A stretch of 64,000 nt of DNA from a virus. Taxonomy: Duplodnaviria > Caudoviricetes. Numbering within the stretch: position 1 is the first letter of the stretch; every line of letters starts with the position of its first letter. The DNA lies in the IMG/VR virus record IMGVR_UViG_3300001528_000621, positions 96,001-160,000 of that record; one strand, 5' to 3'. This document shows, in pieces, positions 8,998-18,150 of the stretch. The notes under the pieces are model-generated. The model worked only from the letters and a program-made list of their open reading frames with translations, made no database searches and was not told where the DNA came from. The position numbers were made by a program, and so were the translations under genes.

Positions 8998-9628
8998 AGA
9001 AGTAAACAACTTTGAACAAATAAAGAATTTTATAAAGTTTGACACCGACGACCAATTTTACTTTGTTCAAATTCTCCAGAGAAAGAAAGACGGTCTAGCA
9101 GCAGACGGTTCTATTGTCTCCGGTACAAACAATAAATCAAGAGCAATTAAAAGTTACTGCGTTACGAGTCGTGAATATCTTGAACAGCACGAATTTGAAA
9201 TTAAGCAGCTGTGTCGTCTCTTTAATGCAAGAGCTTATTTTTCTCCGGCAAGAAAGTCCTTTAAACAGGTTGCGTTGGCTAACCTTGTTAACTTGTCTAA
9301 ACATATAGCGGATGAAAACTTTTCTCACGCTAAAACGGATTACTGGGGTGCTTGCGGACAGTCTGGAATAGAAAAGCTTTATCTTGTAGACATCGATGAA
9401 AATCACAATAATCTTACAGACCTATATAAAATTGAAGGGGATTTACAGCAAGTCGTACGTTCTGAAGTTCCGGGATTTGAAAGAATAGTTCTAACGATAC
9501 CTACAGTCCACGGAAAGCACTTTATATGCAAACCGTTCGACGTAAATGCTTTCAAGCAGATGTGGCCGGACATCGACGTTCATAGAAACAACCCTACCCT
9601 GCTTTATAAAGCCGCTACTGAAGAATAA
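8990..9628 (+). CDS. AEP-like fold protein, paralog 3 (intact motifs)
   Basis: YLVDID (motif I), IPTVHGKH (motif II), later D; FYFVQILQRKKD N-terminal motif. Confidence 0.6.
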   Translation: MIREVNNFEQIKNFIKFDTDDQFYFVQILQRKKDGLAADGSIVSGTNNKSRAIKSYCVTSREYLEQHEFEIKQLCRLFNARAYFSPARKSFKQVALANLVNLSKHIADENFSHAKTDYWGACGQSGIEKLYLVDIDENHNNLTDLYKIEGDLQQVVRSEVPGFERIVLTIPTVHGKHFICKPFDVNAFKQMWPDIDVHRNNPTLLYKAATEE

Positions 9629-9715
9629 AATCGAATTTTTTATAAAAAAAATTTATTAGCTGGAATCCTATAAGATTTCAGCTTTTTCTATTATTTTTAG
9701 CTTAAAGATTAAGAG

Positions 9716-9901
9716 ATGAAAGATTTTATTATTGGATTACACATATCGTTTGCTGTTATTGTAATAATAGCTCTGATAGGATTGTGTACAGGAATTATTC
9801 CAGAGTTTTGGGGAATGTTGATGTTAGTGGGAATAGTGCTGTACTGTATAAGTGGAGAAATAATGAGAGTAACTGAAGAAAATCAAAACAAAAAAAAATA
9901 A
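9716..9901 (+). CDS. small 2-TM membrane protein
   Basis: Two hydrophobic helices; promoter at 9692. Confidence 0.6.
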   Translation: MKDFIIGLHISFAVIVIIALIGLCTGIIPEFWGMLMLVGIVLYCISGEIMRVTEENQNKKK

Positions 9902-9907
9902 GTAATT

Positions 9908-10441
9908 ATGGAAGAAAAATTAGATCTTTGTGAAATTCTAAAAAACTGTCCGATAGGAACGAGACTGTACAGTGTTATTCACGGAACAGTAGAGTTCGGA
10001 GGTATGGATAAGTTTAATGCTATCTGTCCTATCTGCATTAAGGTTGGACCTGGATTTAATATAACTATGTGGCTTACAAGAGACGGAAGGTATATGAACA
10101 AATATGAAGGTGGAGAGTGTATTCTTTTTCCATCAAAATACACACGTACTTGGTCTAATTGGGTAATTTTGTCAGAACTAGAACTCGAAGATAGGTACGA
10201 TCCGAGTACTTTAGGTCCATTTGACAGAATTCTTGTACACAGTGGCATAGAAGGGGATAGGTGGAATTGTGCTCTTTTTAATCGAAAGAGAAGGTTTAGT
10301 CGAGAAATCTTTACGACAGACGGAAGAATGTTCACAAGAGTTATTCCTTACTGTGAAGGTACAAAATTCTTACTCGGAACGACTAAAGATGCTCCAAAGT
10401 TCTACAGATGGTGGGAAGTAGATAATATTAAGAAACAGTAA
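9908..10441 (+). CDS. conserved Bacteroidales-phage hypothetical protein
   Basis: DL.EILKNCP.GT.LYS, GECILFPSK..R.WS, PFDRILV, IPY.E.TK.LLGT. Confidence 0.75.
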   Translation: MEEKLDLCEILKNCPIGTRLYSVIHGTVEFGGMDKFNAICPICIKVGPGFNITMWLTRDGRYMNKYEGGECILFPSKYTRTWSNWVILSELELEDRYDPSTLGPFDRILVHSGIEGDRWNCALFNRKRRFSREIFTTDGRMFTRVIPYCEGTKFLLGTTKDAPKFYRWWEVDNIKKQ

Positions 10442-10458
10442 ACAAACGAAGAATAGTT

Positions 10459-10740
10459 ATGAGAACAGTAATACACTATATGCTGTGCAGCGGAGGCTTC
10501 ATTAATATTCTTCGTAAGCTGGAGAAGGAAGTCATGGAAGATGGAAGCGAACACGGATACCTAACTACAATGATCGTAGATGCAGAGGTTCCGGCGTATG
10601 TGGTGTCACGGTACGATGATTACGATAAGATGATATCTCTATTTGTCAATAGTGATGACGGTCAGATAGACATTAGTAAGGATGAATGGGAGGAGTGGAT
10701 GAATGAGTTCATTGAAATAATTAGGAAAACATTAAAGTAA
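10459..10740 (+). CDS. hypothetical protein
   Basis: 93-aa ORF with an A-rich leader. Confidence 0.6.
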   Translation: MRTVIHYMLCSGGFINILRKLEKEVMEDGSEHGYLTTMIVDAEVPAYVVSRYDDYDKMISLFVNSDDGQIDISKDEWEEWMNEFIEIIRKTLK

Positions 10741-10788
10741 TCAAGAAAAGCTATTATCTTTAGAGCAGAAATTAAAAACAAAAGAATC

Positions 10789-11159
10789 ATGGAACAATTT
10801 ACAGTAGAAGAGTATTTGAAAAATCCGAACAGAGAAGTTGTAACAAGGACCGGTAAACCTGTACGAATCCTGTGTGTGTGGATGCAGAATTGGACTGGAA
10901 CGATAGTCCAGTAGTAGCGTTGGTAGAGAAAAGAGTACTATGTTTTACTTCATCAGGAAATCTCTATAGCACCGATGAGTCTATATTTGACCTTTTCTTT
11001 AAGCCGGTAAAATATGTTCGTTACGCAAATGTTTACCTCTATAACAACGGCAAGGACAGGTACCTTGGAAAGTCTTATGGTTCCGAAGAGGAAGCGAAGA
11101 ACGGTAAGGATACCAACAGGCGTTGTGTTGCTACGGTAAAAATAGAGTGGGAGGAGTAG
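10789..11159 (+). pseudogene. frameshifted paralog of 18151..18558 (extra TG in a (TG)5 tract)
   Basis: ATG 10789 reads MEQFTVEEYLKNPNREVV..RILCV then stops early; removing one TG at 10871-10880 fuses it to CVDAELDW...KIEWEE. Confidence 0.85.
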
Positions 11160-11162
11160 TAT

Positions 11163-11396
11163 ATGGTATCGAAGACAGACAGAAACGAGGTTTGGGACAG
11201 AAACCGACGATACCTAGACGATTCGGAAACGGTAGAAGATTTGCAACCAATCTGTAAGAGGATTTGCAAACTATCAGATAGTCTCGTAGATCCGAAAACA
11301 GGAGAGTGGTGCAAGCGTCAAAATGAGTGTCCAGCATTCCAGCTTTGGTTGTCGAATGAAAGTTTAGAGTGGTCAATGGACAGCATATTATATTAG
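11163..11396 (+). CDS. small Cys-containing hypothetical protein
   Basis: 77 aa, operonic. Confidence 0.55.
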   Translation: MVSKTDRNEVWDRNRRYLDDSETVEDLQPICKRICKLSDSLVDPKTGEWCKRQNECPAFQLWLSNESLEWSMDSILY

Positions 11397-11403
11397 TTTT
11401 GGT

Positions 11404-11655
11404 ATGAACGCAACAACACTAGACAAAGCATACGGGGCTTTACAAAGTCTTACAAAGGTTTTGAGCTTTGAAGAGTATCAAGCAATTAAGGACTGTTTAG
11501 ACTACGCAGACGATGCATATGTAGCAGCTGCAGAGGAAGCAGCAACAGCTTTCATTTTGGGCAGCGACCAGTGTAGTTGTTGTGAATCGTACAGTAAAGA
11601 GTCTTGCTTAGATTGTATGTTTAATCCACACAATAGTAGTAAAAAAGATGAATAA
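11404..11655 (+). CDS. small Cys-rich hypothetical protein
   Basis: 83 aa; CSCC..CLDC. Confidence 0.55.
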   Translation: MNATTLDKAYGALQSLTKVLSFEEYQAIKDCLDYADDAYVAAAEEAATAFILGSDQCSCCESYSKESCLDCMFNPHNSSKKDE

Positions 11656-11839
11656 TAACTTTATTGAGGTAACAAGATACTCTGGAGATAAAATTTACGT
11701 AAATCTGTCTCTTATTAAGTTCCTTCATCCTTCACGAGAGATGAAAACAGGATGCATACTATACTATACAGATGGAACAGACATTTTGCTTCGGGAAAGC
11801 ATGGAAGAAATTAAGAAAAAAATCTTAAATCAAGAGTGA
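11648..11839 (+). CDS. small protein, FlbD/SwrD-like pattern
   Basis: FIEVTR.SG..IYVN..LI...DG....RES.EEI.KKI. Confidence 0.45.
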   Translation: MNNNFIEVTRYSGDKIYVNLSLIKFLHPSREMKTGCILYYTDGTDILLRESMEEIKKKILNQE

Positions 11840-12072
11840 AAGTAAGGATAAATCCGACAGTCGGAATTCGTCGATGGTACCACAAGCTGAACGAGCACAT
11901 CGTTAGAGCAGTTTCTGGTATTAATCACAAACACGATTTTCATCTTGTAGATACTCATCGAATGTTTATAGAAGATTCTAGTCACGACATAGTTTATCGG
12001 AAGCGTTTTGATTTGTACCGATGTAAAAAATGCGAGGCTATAAGAACCGGGGAAACGGTTGAAAAAGATTAA
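11836..12072 (+). CDS. hypothetical protein
   Basis: 78 aa; GTGA overlap with the previous gene. Confidence 0.5.
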   Translation: MKVRINPTVGIRRWYHKLNEHIVRAVSGINHKHDFHLVDTHRMFIEDSSHDIVYRKRFDLYRCKKCEAIRTGETVEKD

Positions 12073-12130
12073 TTTTTAGAAAGCAAGAAAAGCTATTATC
12101 TTTAGCTTAGAAATTAAAAACAAAAGAATT

Positions 12131-12829
12131 ATGGAAAAAGTTGTAAAATCTAATTGGGTACATCTGGGAGTTTATATGCTTATAAATGAAGCTCCTATCA
12201 AAGCTTTCAAGTTCAGAACAAAGACTACACATCCACTACTGTACTTAGCTTCCATTGATACTAGAAAAGGGTTTACGTACCGAACGCCCGGTAAAGAAGA
12301 AACAGTGCCTGTTCACGAGGCTGTTACCTTGAACCTACTTAATCCCAAGCAGTTCGTAAATACAGGATTGTCACCAGAACCGTCAATATCGTCCTATAGG
12401 GTCAGGGAATCTCGACAAGCGGACATAGAATCGGGAAAAAATATGGTTGGATATGTCTACCTGGACGATATGAAATTTCTCGGCACTGCAGATAATCTTC
12501 CTATTTCAGAGAACCCTTACAGCAGATTACTGTCTCCTGCAGTTCGGAGAACTACTTTCAGAATATGGGAAAAGTATGCAATCGAGACTGGACAGTTTGT
12601 GCTGAAAGAAAACCCGGAATTTAAGAAATCGCCTCTCAAAGCAAAAGATTTCTTTGGAAACGAACTAAAAATTGGGGACACCATTGTATACAAAGTGTCC
12701 TACGTCCAGAAATTCTTGATAGGGAAAATAACGAACATAACAGACAAAAACGTAGTTATAGGCAGAAAAATCTCAACCCCTCCTAACTGTACTATAAAAT
12801 GTCCAGAAGGGAGTCTTCATAAATCATAA
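12131..12829 (+). CDS. hypothetical protein with a C-terminal SH3-like segment
   Basis: Full promoter/leader repeat upstream; KDFFGNELKIGD.IVY. Confidence 0.7.
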   Translation: MEKVVKSNWVHLGVYMLINEAPIKAFKFRTKTTHPLLYLASIDTRKGFTYRTPGKEETVPVHEAVTLNLLNPKQFVNTGLSPEPSISSYRVRESRQADIESGKNMVGYVYLDDMKFLGTADNLPISENPYSRLLSPAVRRTTFRIWEKYAIETGQFVLKENPEFKKSPLKAKDFFGNELKIGDTIVYKVSYVQKFLIGKITNITDKNVVIGRKISTPPNCTIKCPEGSLHKS

Positions 12830-12844
12830 TTACTTTTTTTTCAA

Positions 12845-12873
12845 GGGGACTCGAAAGAGTCCTCATCTTTTTT
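12845..12873 (+). terminator. intrinsic terminator
   Basis: GGGGACTC-GAAA-GAGTCCTC followed by a U-tract. Confidence 0.8.
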
Positions 12874-12906
12874 GCATATCTTTAGCTTGTAGAAAATAAA
12901 ATAACT

Positions 12907-13662
12907 ATGCTTGATTTATTTGGGATAAAGAAACGAAAACTAGCAAAATTCAAAAAGCTGGAAAGTCATAGAAACCTTTTAATTAAAGTAAGGAAGAATG
13001 TCATAATACCCTATCTGGACGAGAAAAAATTTTTATATAGAACAAAATGTAAAGAACTACAGAGAGCGGAGGAAGAGCGAGTAGGCCTCTGTAACTCTTC
13101 TTGTCCGAATTGTGGAGGCTCTAACGTGATTAACAAATTCGTTCTAGGCAAGGGAAACCTCTTTGGACAAATCAGAACTTCTCCTATGCTTAAAGTCGGG
13201 GGAACTATAAAAGGTTCTTACGATACGCTACCAGTCAACGAGTGTGCAGATTGCGGCAATCAGTGGGAAAAAGCTACAGTTTCGTATAACTGTAAAGAAG
13301 AGTATCCATATGACCCGTATCCTTATTCTAAAATGTGGTACATTGTTCGAAGACTCTTAGATTTTGTAGAAACAGAAAAGACATTGAATATTTTTGACAT
13401 TTACAAAATCCATTTCAGGGATACTCCAAGAGAAGTTATGGAGTATTTAATATACCAAACCATTAAAAACACTTATTTGTCCACTACAGCACAAAGATGC
13501 TTAACGTCTCTGAGCGCAAAGTACGACACAAATATACATTCAGAGTACTATAATGATAATGAGTTTCTTTGGACACTAAAAGACTCTCTTTGGGAGCATT
13601 TCAAAAATACAGTAAATGAAAAAACGTCAAATGAAAAGAAAAAGGACAGCGAAACTAACTGA
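12907..13662 (+). CDS. zinc-ribbon-containing hypothetical protein
   Basis: CPNCGG...CADCG. Confidence 0.7.
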   Translation: MLDLFGIKKRKLAKFKKLESHRNLLIKVRKNVIIPYLDEKKFLYRTKCKELQRAEEERVGLCNSSCPNCGGSNVINKFVLGKGNLFGQIRTSPMLKVGGTIKGSYDTLPVNECADCGNQWEKATVSYNCKEEYPYDPYPYSKMWYIVRRLLDFVETEKTLNIFDIYKIHFRDTPREVMEYLIYQTIKNTYLSTTAQRCLTSLSAKYDTNIHSEYYNDNEFLWTLKDSLWEHFKNTVNEKTSNEKKKDSETN

Positions 13663-13789
13663 GTTTGGATATATTAAAGGTTCGAAAGAAGAGGAAGAAA
13701 CTAAAAGCTTTAAGAAACTCCCAAAAGAGGAACAATACAAAGCGTACTTCGATTTTTTGGACGGTCTCAAAAACAAAATAAATAAATAA
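13631..13789 (+). CDS. small hypothetical protein (52 aa, not in the ORF track)
   Basis: MKRKRTAKLTEFGY...; ends at a terminator hairpin. Confidence 0.45.
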   Translation: MKRKRTAKLTEFGYIKGSKEEEETKSFKKLPKEEQYKAYFDFLDGLKNKINK

Positions 13790-13863
13790 AATTAGCTGGA
13801 GTCTAGTTAGATTTCAGCTTTTTCTATTATCTTTAGCTTAGAGATTAAAAGATAGGAGTAATT

Positions 13864-14997
13864 ATGTTAAAACAATTTACAACACTCTACAATAAAGACC
13901 AGAACAACAACATACGGTACTGGTACATGGAGCAGGACGAGAACAAATATAGGAGTAGGTCTGGAATTGTAGGACGAGTCAATACGTCTGAAGTAATCTC
14001 AGATTGGACAGTAGTTTCTGAAGGTACCAATATTGGAAAAATAAATGAACGAAACCCCGCTCAGCAGACCCTTTTCATCATCAATAGGATGTACACAGTC
14101 CGAAAAGAACAGGGCTTTGCTGAAAAGGTAGAAGATGCTGGAAAGAAATTTTTTCAACCGATGCTAGCTAGTAAGTGGGATGTAGTTAAGTCTAAAGTTA
14201 CGTATCCTGTCTATGTACAATCTAAGTTGGACGGAATCCGTCTAATTTGTGATATTGATGGAATGCATTCAAGGCACGGAAAAGATGTCATATCCGCTCC
14301 TCATATTCGAAAAGCTCTTGATAGGGTCTTTGAGGAAAATCCGGAACTGATACTAGACGGGGAGCTATATTGTCACGACTTGAATGAAGACTTTAATAGA
14401 ATTATTAGTCTAGTTAGGAAATCAAAACCCACTCCAGAGGACTTAGCCGAAAGTGAGAGAACAATACGGTACTGGGTATACGATATTCCGAGCGTTCTAG
14501 GTACAAACAAAGAACGAGACCAGGCTAGAAAAAGGTTCTTTGAAAAGTACATTTACGGTACGGAGCTTGAAAAATACTTCGTCTATGTTCCTTCAATCGT
14601 AGCTAACTCCGAAGAGGAAGTAAACATTCTCCTAGAACTTAATCTTGAACAAGGATTTGAGGGAGCTATAGTCCGAATACCTTCAGGAGAGTATGAAAAC
14701 AAGCGTAGTAAGAACCTCTTAAAGTATAAGAAGTTTCTAGACGAAGAGTTTCTTATAGAAGACTTTGAGGAAGGTAAAGGAAATCTTTCCGGAAAAGTAG
14801 GAAGAGTTGTATGCAGAACGAAAGAAGGTAAAAGGTTTTCGGCCGGAATGAAGTTCTCTCACGACGATGCTAGAGAATTGTGGAACCGTAAGGAGGATTA
14901 TATCGGAAAGAAACACTGTACAGTAAAGTATTTTCAGCTTACTCCGGACGGTCTTCCTAGATTTCCGAAATGTATAGCTATTAGGGACTATGAATAA
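13864..14997 (+). CDS. ATP-dependent DNA ligase
   Basis: PMLA, motif I KLDGIR, ILDGELY, YWVYD, GFEGAIVR, LLKYK, C-terminal OB fold with LPRFP. Confidence 0.95.
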   Translation: MLKQFTTLYNKDQNNNIRYWYMEQDENKYRSRSGIVGRVNTSEVISDWTVVSEGTNIGKINERNPAQQTLFIINRMYTVRKEQGFAEKVEDAGKKFFQPMLASKWDVVKSKVTYPVYVQSKLDGIRLICDIDGMHSRHGKDVISAPHIRKALDRVFEENPELILDGELYCHDLNEDFNRIISLVRKSKPTPEDLAESERTIRYWVYDIPSVLGTNKERDQARKRFFEKYIYGTELEKYFVYVPSIVANSEEEVNILLELNLEQGFEGAIVRIPSGEYENKRSKNLLKYKKFLDEEFLIEDFEEGKGNLSGKVGRVVCRTKEGKRFSAGMKFSHDDARELWNRKEDYIGKKHCTVKYFQLTPDGLPRFPKCIAIRDYE

Positions 14998-15065
14998 AAT
15001 TTCATAAAGCTCATAAAAAGCTATTATCTTTAGCTTAGAAATTAGAAATTAAAGAGAAATTAAAA

Positions 15066-15416
15066 ATGAGAGAGTTTCCAATACAAAAGTTTTGGTATGG
15101 AAAAGGAGCAGCGTGCAAGGACATAGAAGAACTAATAGAGAAAAACGTTACTTGGTTCGTTTGGGCAGTTGAGAATTTTCAGGATGTAACACCGAAACAA
15201 GCTCAACACTTCAAAGAGGTCTGGAAGATGGACCTACCAAAACAAGTAGTTACTTCCCAAAAACTTTTAGACGAAATTAATGAAGGTCTTCCATATGAAC
15301 ACAAAAAGAAGGATACCGAAGACGTTTATAAGGAGCTTTGCCGTAAATACGCTGACGCTACAGGACAGAAATGGAATGAGTGGTTGTCAGAGGGTTGCGG
15401 AGAAGCAAAAATATAA
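15066..15416 (+). CDS. DUF3820/ExoX-C-terminal-like protein (paralog of 20632)
   Basis: F..GK....IEELI.....F.WAV....V.P.QA..F.E shared with 20632..21099. Confidence 0.55.
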   Translation: MREFPIQKFWYGKGAACKDIEELIEKNVTWFVWAVENFQDVTPKQAQHFKEVWKMDLPKQVVTSQKLLDEINEGLPYEHKKKDTEDVYKELCRKYADATGQKWNEWLSEGCGEAKI

Positions 15417-15495
15417 ATAAAAATTAGCTGGAATTTTTATAATCTTCAGCTTTTCCTATTATTTTTAGCTTAGAAATTAAAAAAACAAAAGAATT

Positions 15496-15783
15496 ATGAA
15501 AATTTACGTAGCAACAGTCTTGATTGAATCAAATCAAGGGAACTCAGCTTACTCAAAGGTTGTAAGCACAAACTCCGAAAATGATAAGGACCTGTTCAGA
15601 AGTTGGATAGAAGTAGAGATGGAATCTATTCTTGCTGAATGGAACGAGTTTAACTATCCTGAAAAGAGCTCGATTATAAGCGCTGATGATGACAGATACG
15701 ACGGTATGTTGGGAGAGTATGTAGATGAACAGCGTCCGTTGCACATAACAATTGACATTGAACCAAAACGCATATGCATATGA
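15496..15783 (+). CDS. hypothetical protein
   Basis: Repeat leader upstream. Confidence 0.65.
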   Translation: MKIYVATVLIESNQGNSAYSKVVSTNSENDKDLFRSWIEVEMESILAEWNEFNYPEKSSIISADDDRYDGMLGEYVDEQRPLHITIDIEPKRICI

Positions 15784-15998
15784 AAAAGTATGTCGTTAAA
15801 GGTGTTGATGGAGTTAAGTACGAAATCGAAATAGGAGGAGAATACTTCTACCACGGAAACGATGTAGAGGTTGTAGCTGTTGACAGCATCGTAGTATTTA
15901 ACTACCTAACAGGAGAGTGTACCGGAGAAGAAGATTGCTGTAGCGTAGATGAATTCGTTTACCAAAATCCGGAATGTGAAATTAGTGAGGAGGACTAA
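15780..15998 (+). CDS. small acidic hypothetical protein
   Basis: ATGA overlap with the previous gene. Confidence 0.6.
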   Translation: MKKYVVKGVDGVKYEIEIGGEYFYHGNDVEVVAVDSIVVFNYLTGECTGEEDCCSVDEFVYQNPECEISEED

Positions 15999-16000
15999 AT

Positions 16001-16420
16001 ATGCAGAACATAAAAACAATACAATACTATACGAACGCGTTTCCAAATCAGGTTCAGGAAATGATAGACGACATTATGGACAATTTCGATTTTGAAAAAG
16101 TTCACGATGTAATGGAACACTTAGGGTGGAGCTGGGTAGTTCCGGGAAGCAACCCTGAAGTACCGGACATCGGCACCATTAGGCGTGTAGCTAGAAAGTG
16201 TCTCAGAGACGTTACTTTCAATCTTTCAAACTCAATAGGGGCTAAGGGTGTACAGAACTGTGAAGTAGATTTTGGTGGATTAGTAACTGTCTGTGAAGTG
16301 TGTAACATTCCGGACGAAGATGACCAAAAGAAAAACTACGTAGACGATGCAGCTAATCAGCTCTATATAAATCTTTCGTTTAAATTGACAGACTGGACTG
16401 GATGGTGTATTGAAAGCTAA
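16001..16420 (+). CDS. conserved phage hypothetical protein
   Basis: IDDIMDNFDFEKVH.VM..L.W.W motif. Confidence 0.7.
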   Translation: MQNIKTIQYYTNAFPNQVQEMIDDIMDNFDFEKVHDVMEHLGWSWVVPGSNPEVPDIGTIRRVARKCLRDVTFNLSNSIGAKGVQNCEVDFGGLVTVCEVCNIPDEDDQKKNYVDDAANQLYINLSFKLTDWTGWCIES

Positions 16421-16482
16421 ATTAAATTTTTAAGCAGCAAGAAAAGCTATTATCTTTAGCTTAGAATTAAAACAAAAGAATT

Positions 16483-17214
16483 ATGGAACAGAGAACAACA
16501 CACGACGTTAATGAACTTAATCGCGGACTTCTTCTAAAGGACGTCAAAACGATTATTACATTCAGAACACAGCAGTTACTTGATTTGTGGGTAAATGAAA
16601 TGTCTGGACAGATTTCAGACGGAATGTGGGAAAATTCTAGGAACACAGAATGGATTTGGAATAATGTTCTAGTCCGACTTGGGGATAAAACAGAGGTTAC
16701 GGTTCGGCCTACGTTCGGTGGCGCAAGACGTACACATTATCCACTTACTGCAGAGCTTTGGAATGTTGTCGGAGATAGAATTTTGGCTGAAAACGGATTC
16801 GCCAGCAAAAAGGAAGCTTATGCAGCGTGGAGAGAAATAGCCGAAGCTATCAGGAATTTTAAGACATTCTCCGACGAAGACGCAAAGATGGTCGTGGACT
16901 CAGAAAAAGAGATAGAGAGACAAAAAAAGATACTTAGAGTAGAACTATTCAGAGAAGGAGCAGAGGTTTTGGGTGTAGATAGTTACGGAAACTTAAATTC
17001 TCTTTCAATCTATGACGAGAATAAAAAGTGGGTAGGCAGTATTTATTGCTATACGTACGTTTCAGGTAATCTAAGTGCTTGCTGGAAAATTCAGCTACTA
17101 GATAAGCTCAACTTTATTGCAGGTTTAGGACACTTGGCTGAAGCTCTCGAATTTGCTAAAGATGCGGCACTTAAAATGCGGAAGTTTGGTGAAGTGAGGA
17201 GAGTTGGTTGTTGA
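16483..17214 (+). CDS. conserved phage hypothetical protein
   Basis: EMSGQISDGMWENSR motif; repeat leader upstream. Confidence 0.7.
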   Translation: MEQRTTHDVNELNRGLLLKDVKTIITFRTQQLLDLWVNEMSGQISDGMWENSRNTEWIWNNVLVRLGDKTEVTVRPTFGGARRTHYPLTAELWNVVGDRILAENGFASKKEAYAAWREIAEAIRNFKTFSDEDAKMVVDSEKEIERQKKILRVELFREGAEVLGVDSYGNLNSLSIYDENKKWVGSIYCYTYVSGNLSACWKIQLLDKLNFIAGLGHLAEALEFAKDAALKMRKFGEVRRVGC

Positions 17215-17282
17215 TTTGTTTTCATAATTTTTTTGGTTTTTGGGGGAAAGGGCCGCAGTGATGTGTCCCTTTTCTTTTTCTG
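17215..17282 (+). ncRNA. candidate 3'-UTR sRNA with an anti-start-codon seed and a GNRA-capped terminator (copy 1)
   Basis: CATAATTTTTTTGGTTTTT then GGGAAAGGG-CCGCA-GTGA-TGTG-TCCCTTTTC and a U-tract. Confidence 0.4.
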
Positions 17283-17507
17283 TTTTCTCAAAGCTAAACT
17301 CCTAGATAAGACTAAAAGCGTACATCAAGGAGAGTATAGATTCCCTTAAGGGAGACAAAAAGGAAGATTATTTTAATATAATATATTACTTAGCTCTTTA
17401 ACTTAGGGATACCTAAGGGATTTAATTCACAAAATTTCTTAAGTTTTTCTATTTGAAAATCATAAAAAGCTATTATCTTTAGAGCAGAAATTAAAAACAA
17501 AAGAATT

Positions 17508-17774
17508 ATGTTTGTAGAACTTATTGACAGACTCAGAACCACAGAAGGTGTAGAGAAAATGGTACCCGTTGATAACGGAGCTATAGCAGTCTACGTAGAA
17601 ACTCAAGACGGTGTACCAGCCGTACTTGCAGAAATTGCGTCAACAATGCTTGAGTACGGATACGATGAAGACTTTCAGATTACTACAAATAAAAAGGATT
17701 TGGTAGTATACATCGACCTGCTAGAAAACGACTACGAGGAAGAGTATGATGAAGAAACCGATGAAGAGGAGTAG
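17508..17774 (+). CDS. small acidic protein
   Basis: Repeat leader; D/E-rich tail. Confidence 0.65.
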   Translation: MFVELIDRLRTTEGVEKMVPVDNGAIAVYVETQDGVPAVLAEIASTMLEYGYDEDFQITTNKKDLVVYIDLLENDYEEEYDEETDEEE

Positions 17775-17777
17775 GCT

Positions 17778-18101
17778 ATGACAGTACAAGAAATCGTTGA
17801 TAAGGTAAATTCCGGAAAGTATCCAAGCCTTTGGAATGTAATGGATGACCTCAACCTTAATTATGTCGGTCCGTACACTGTATACAAAAACGGAACTATC
17901 CAGACCTTTACAGAGAATCATCGATGGTACAGTGTTGAGGGAGATATCTATGCAGCAGAGGACGGACTTGTAGCTATTATAGGAGTGGAAAAACTATATT
18001 CAGAAAAAATGTCGTACAAAGATTGTGAATTCTACTGCAAAGCTTTTGAGGTATTTCGGACCGAAGTACTCTCGTACGTTTATATGAAGAAAAGTTTTTA
18101 G
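17778..18101 (+). CDS. hypothetical protein
   Basis: 107 aa; HRWYS motif. Confidence 0.65.
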   Translation: MTVQEIVDKVNSGKYPSLWNVMDDLNLNYVGPYTVYKNGTIQTFTENHRWYSVEGDIYAAEDGLVAIIGVEKLYSEKMSYKDCEFYCKAFEVFRTEVLSYVYMKKSF

Positions 18102-18150
18102 AAAGCAAGAAAAGCTATTATCTTTAGCTTAGAATTAAAACAAAAGAATT

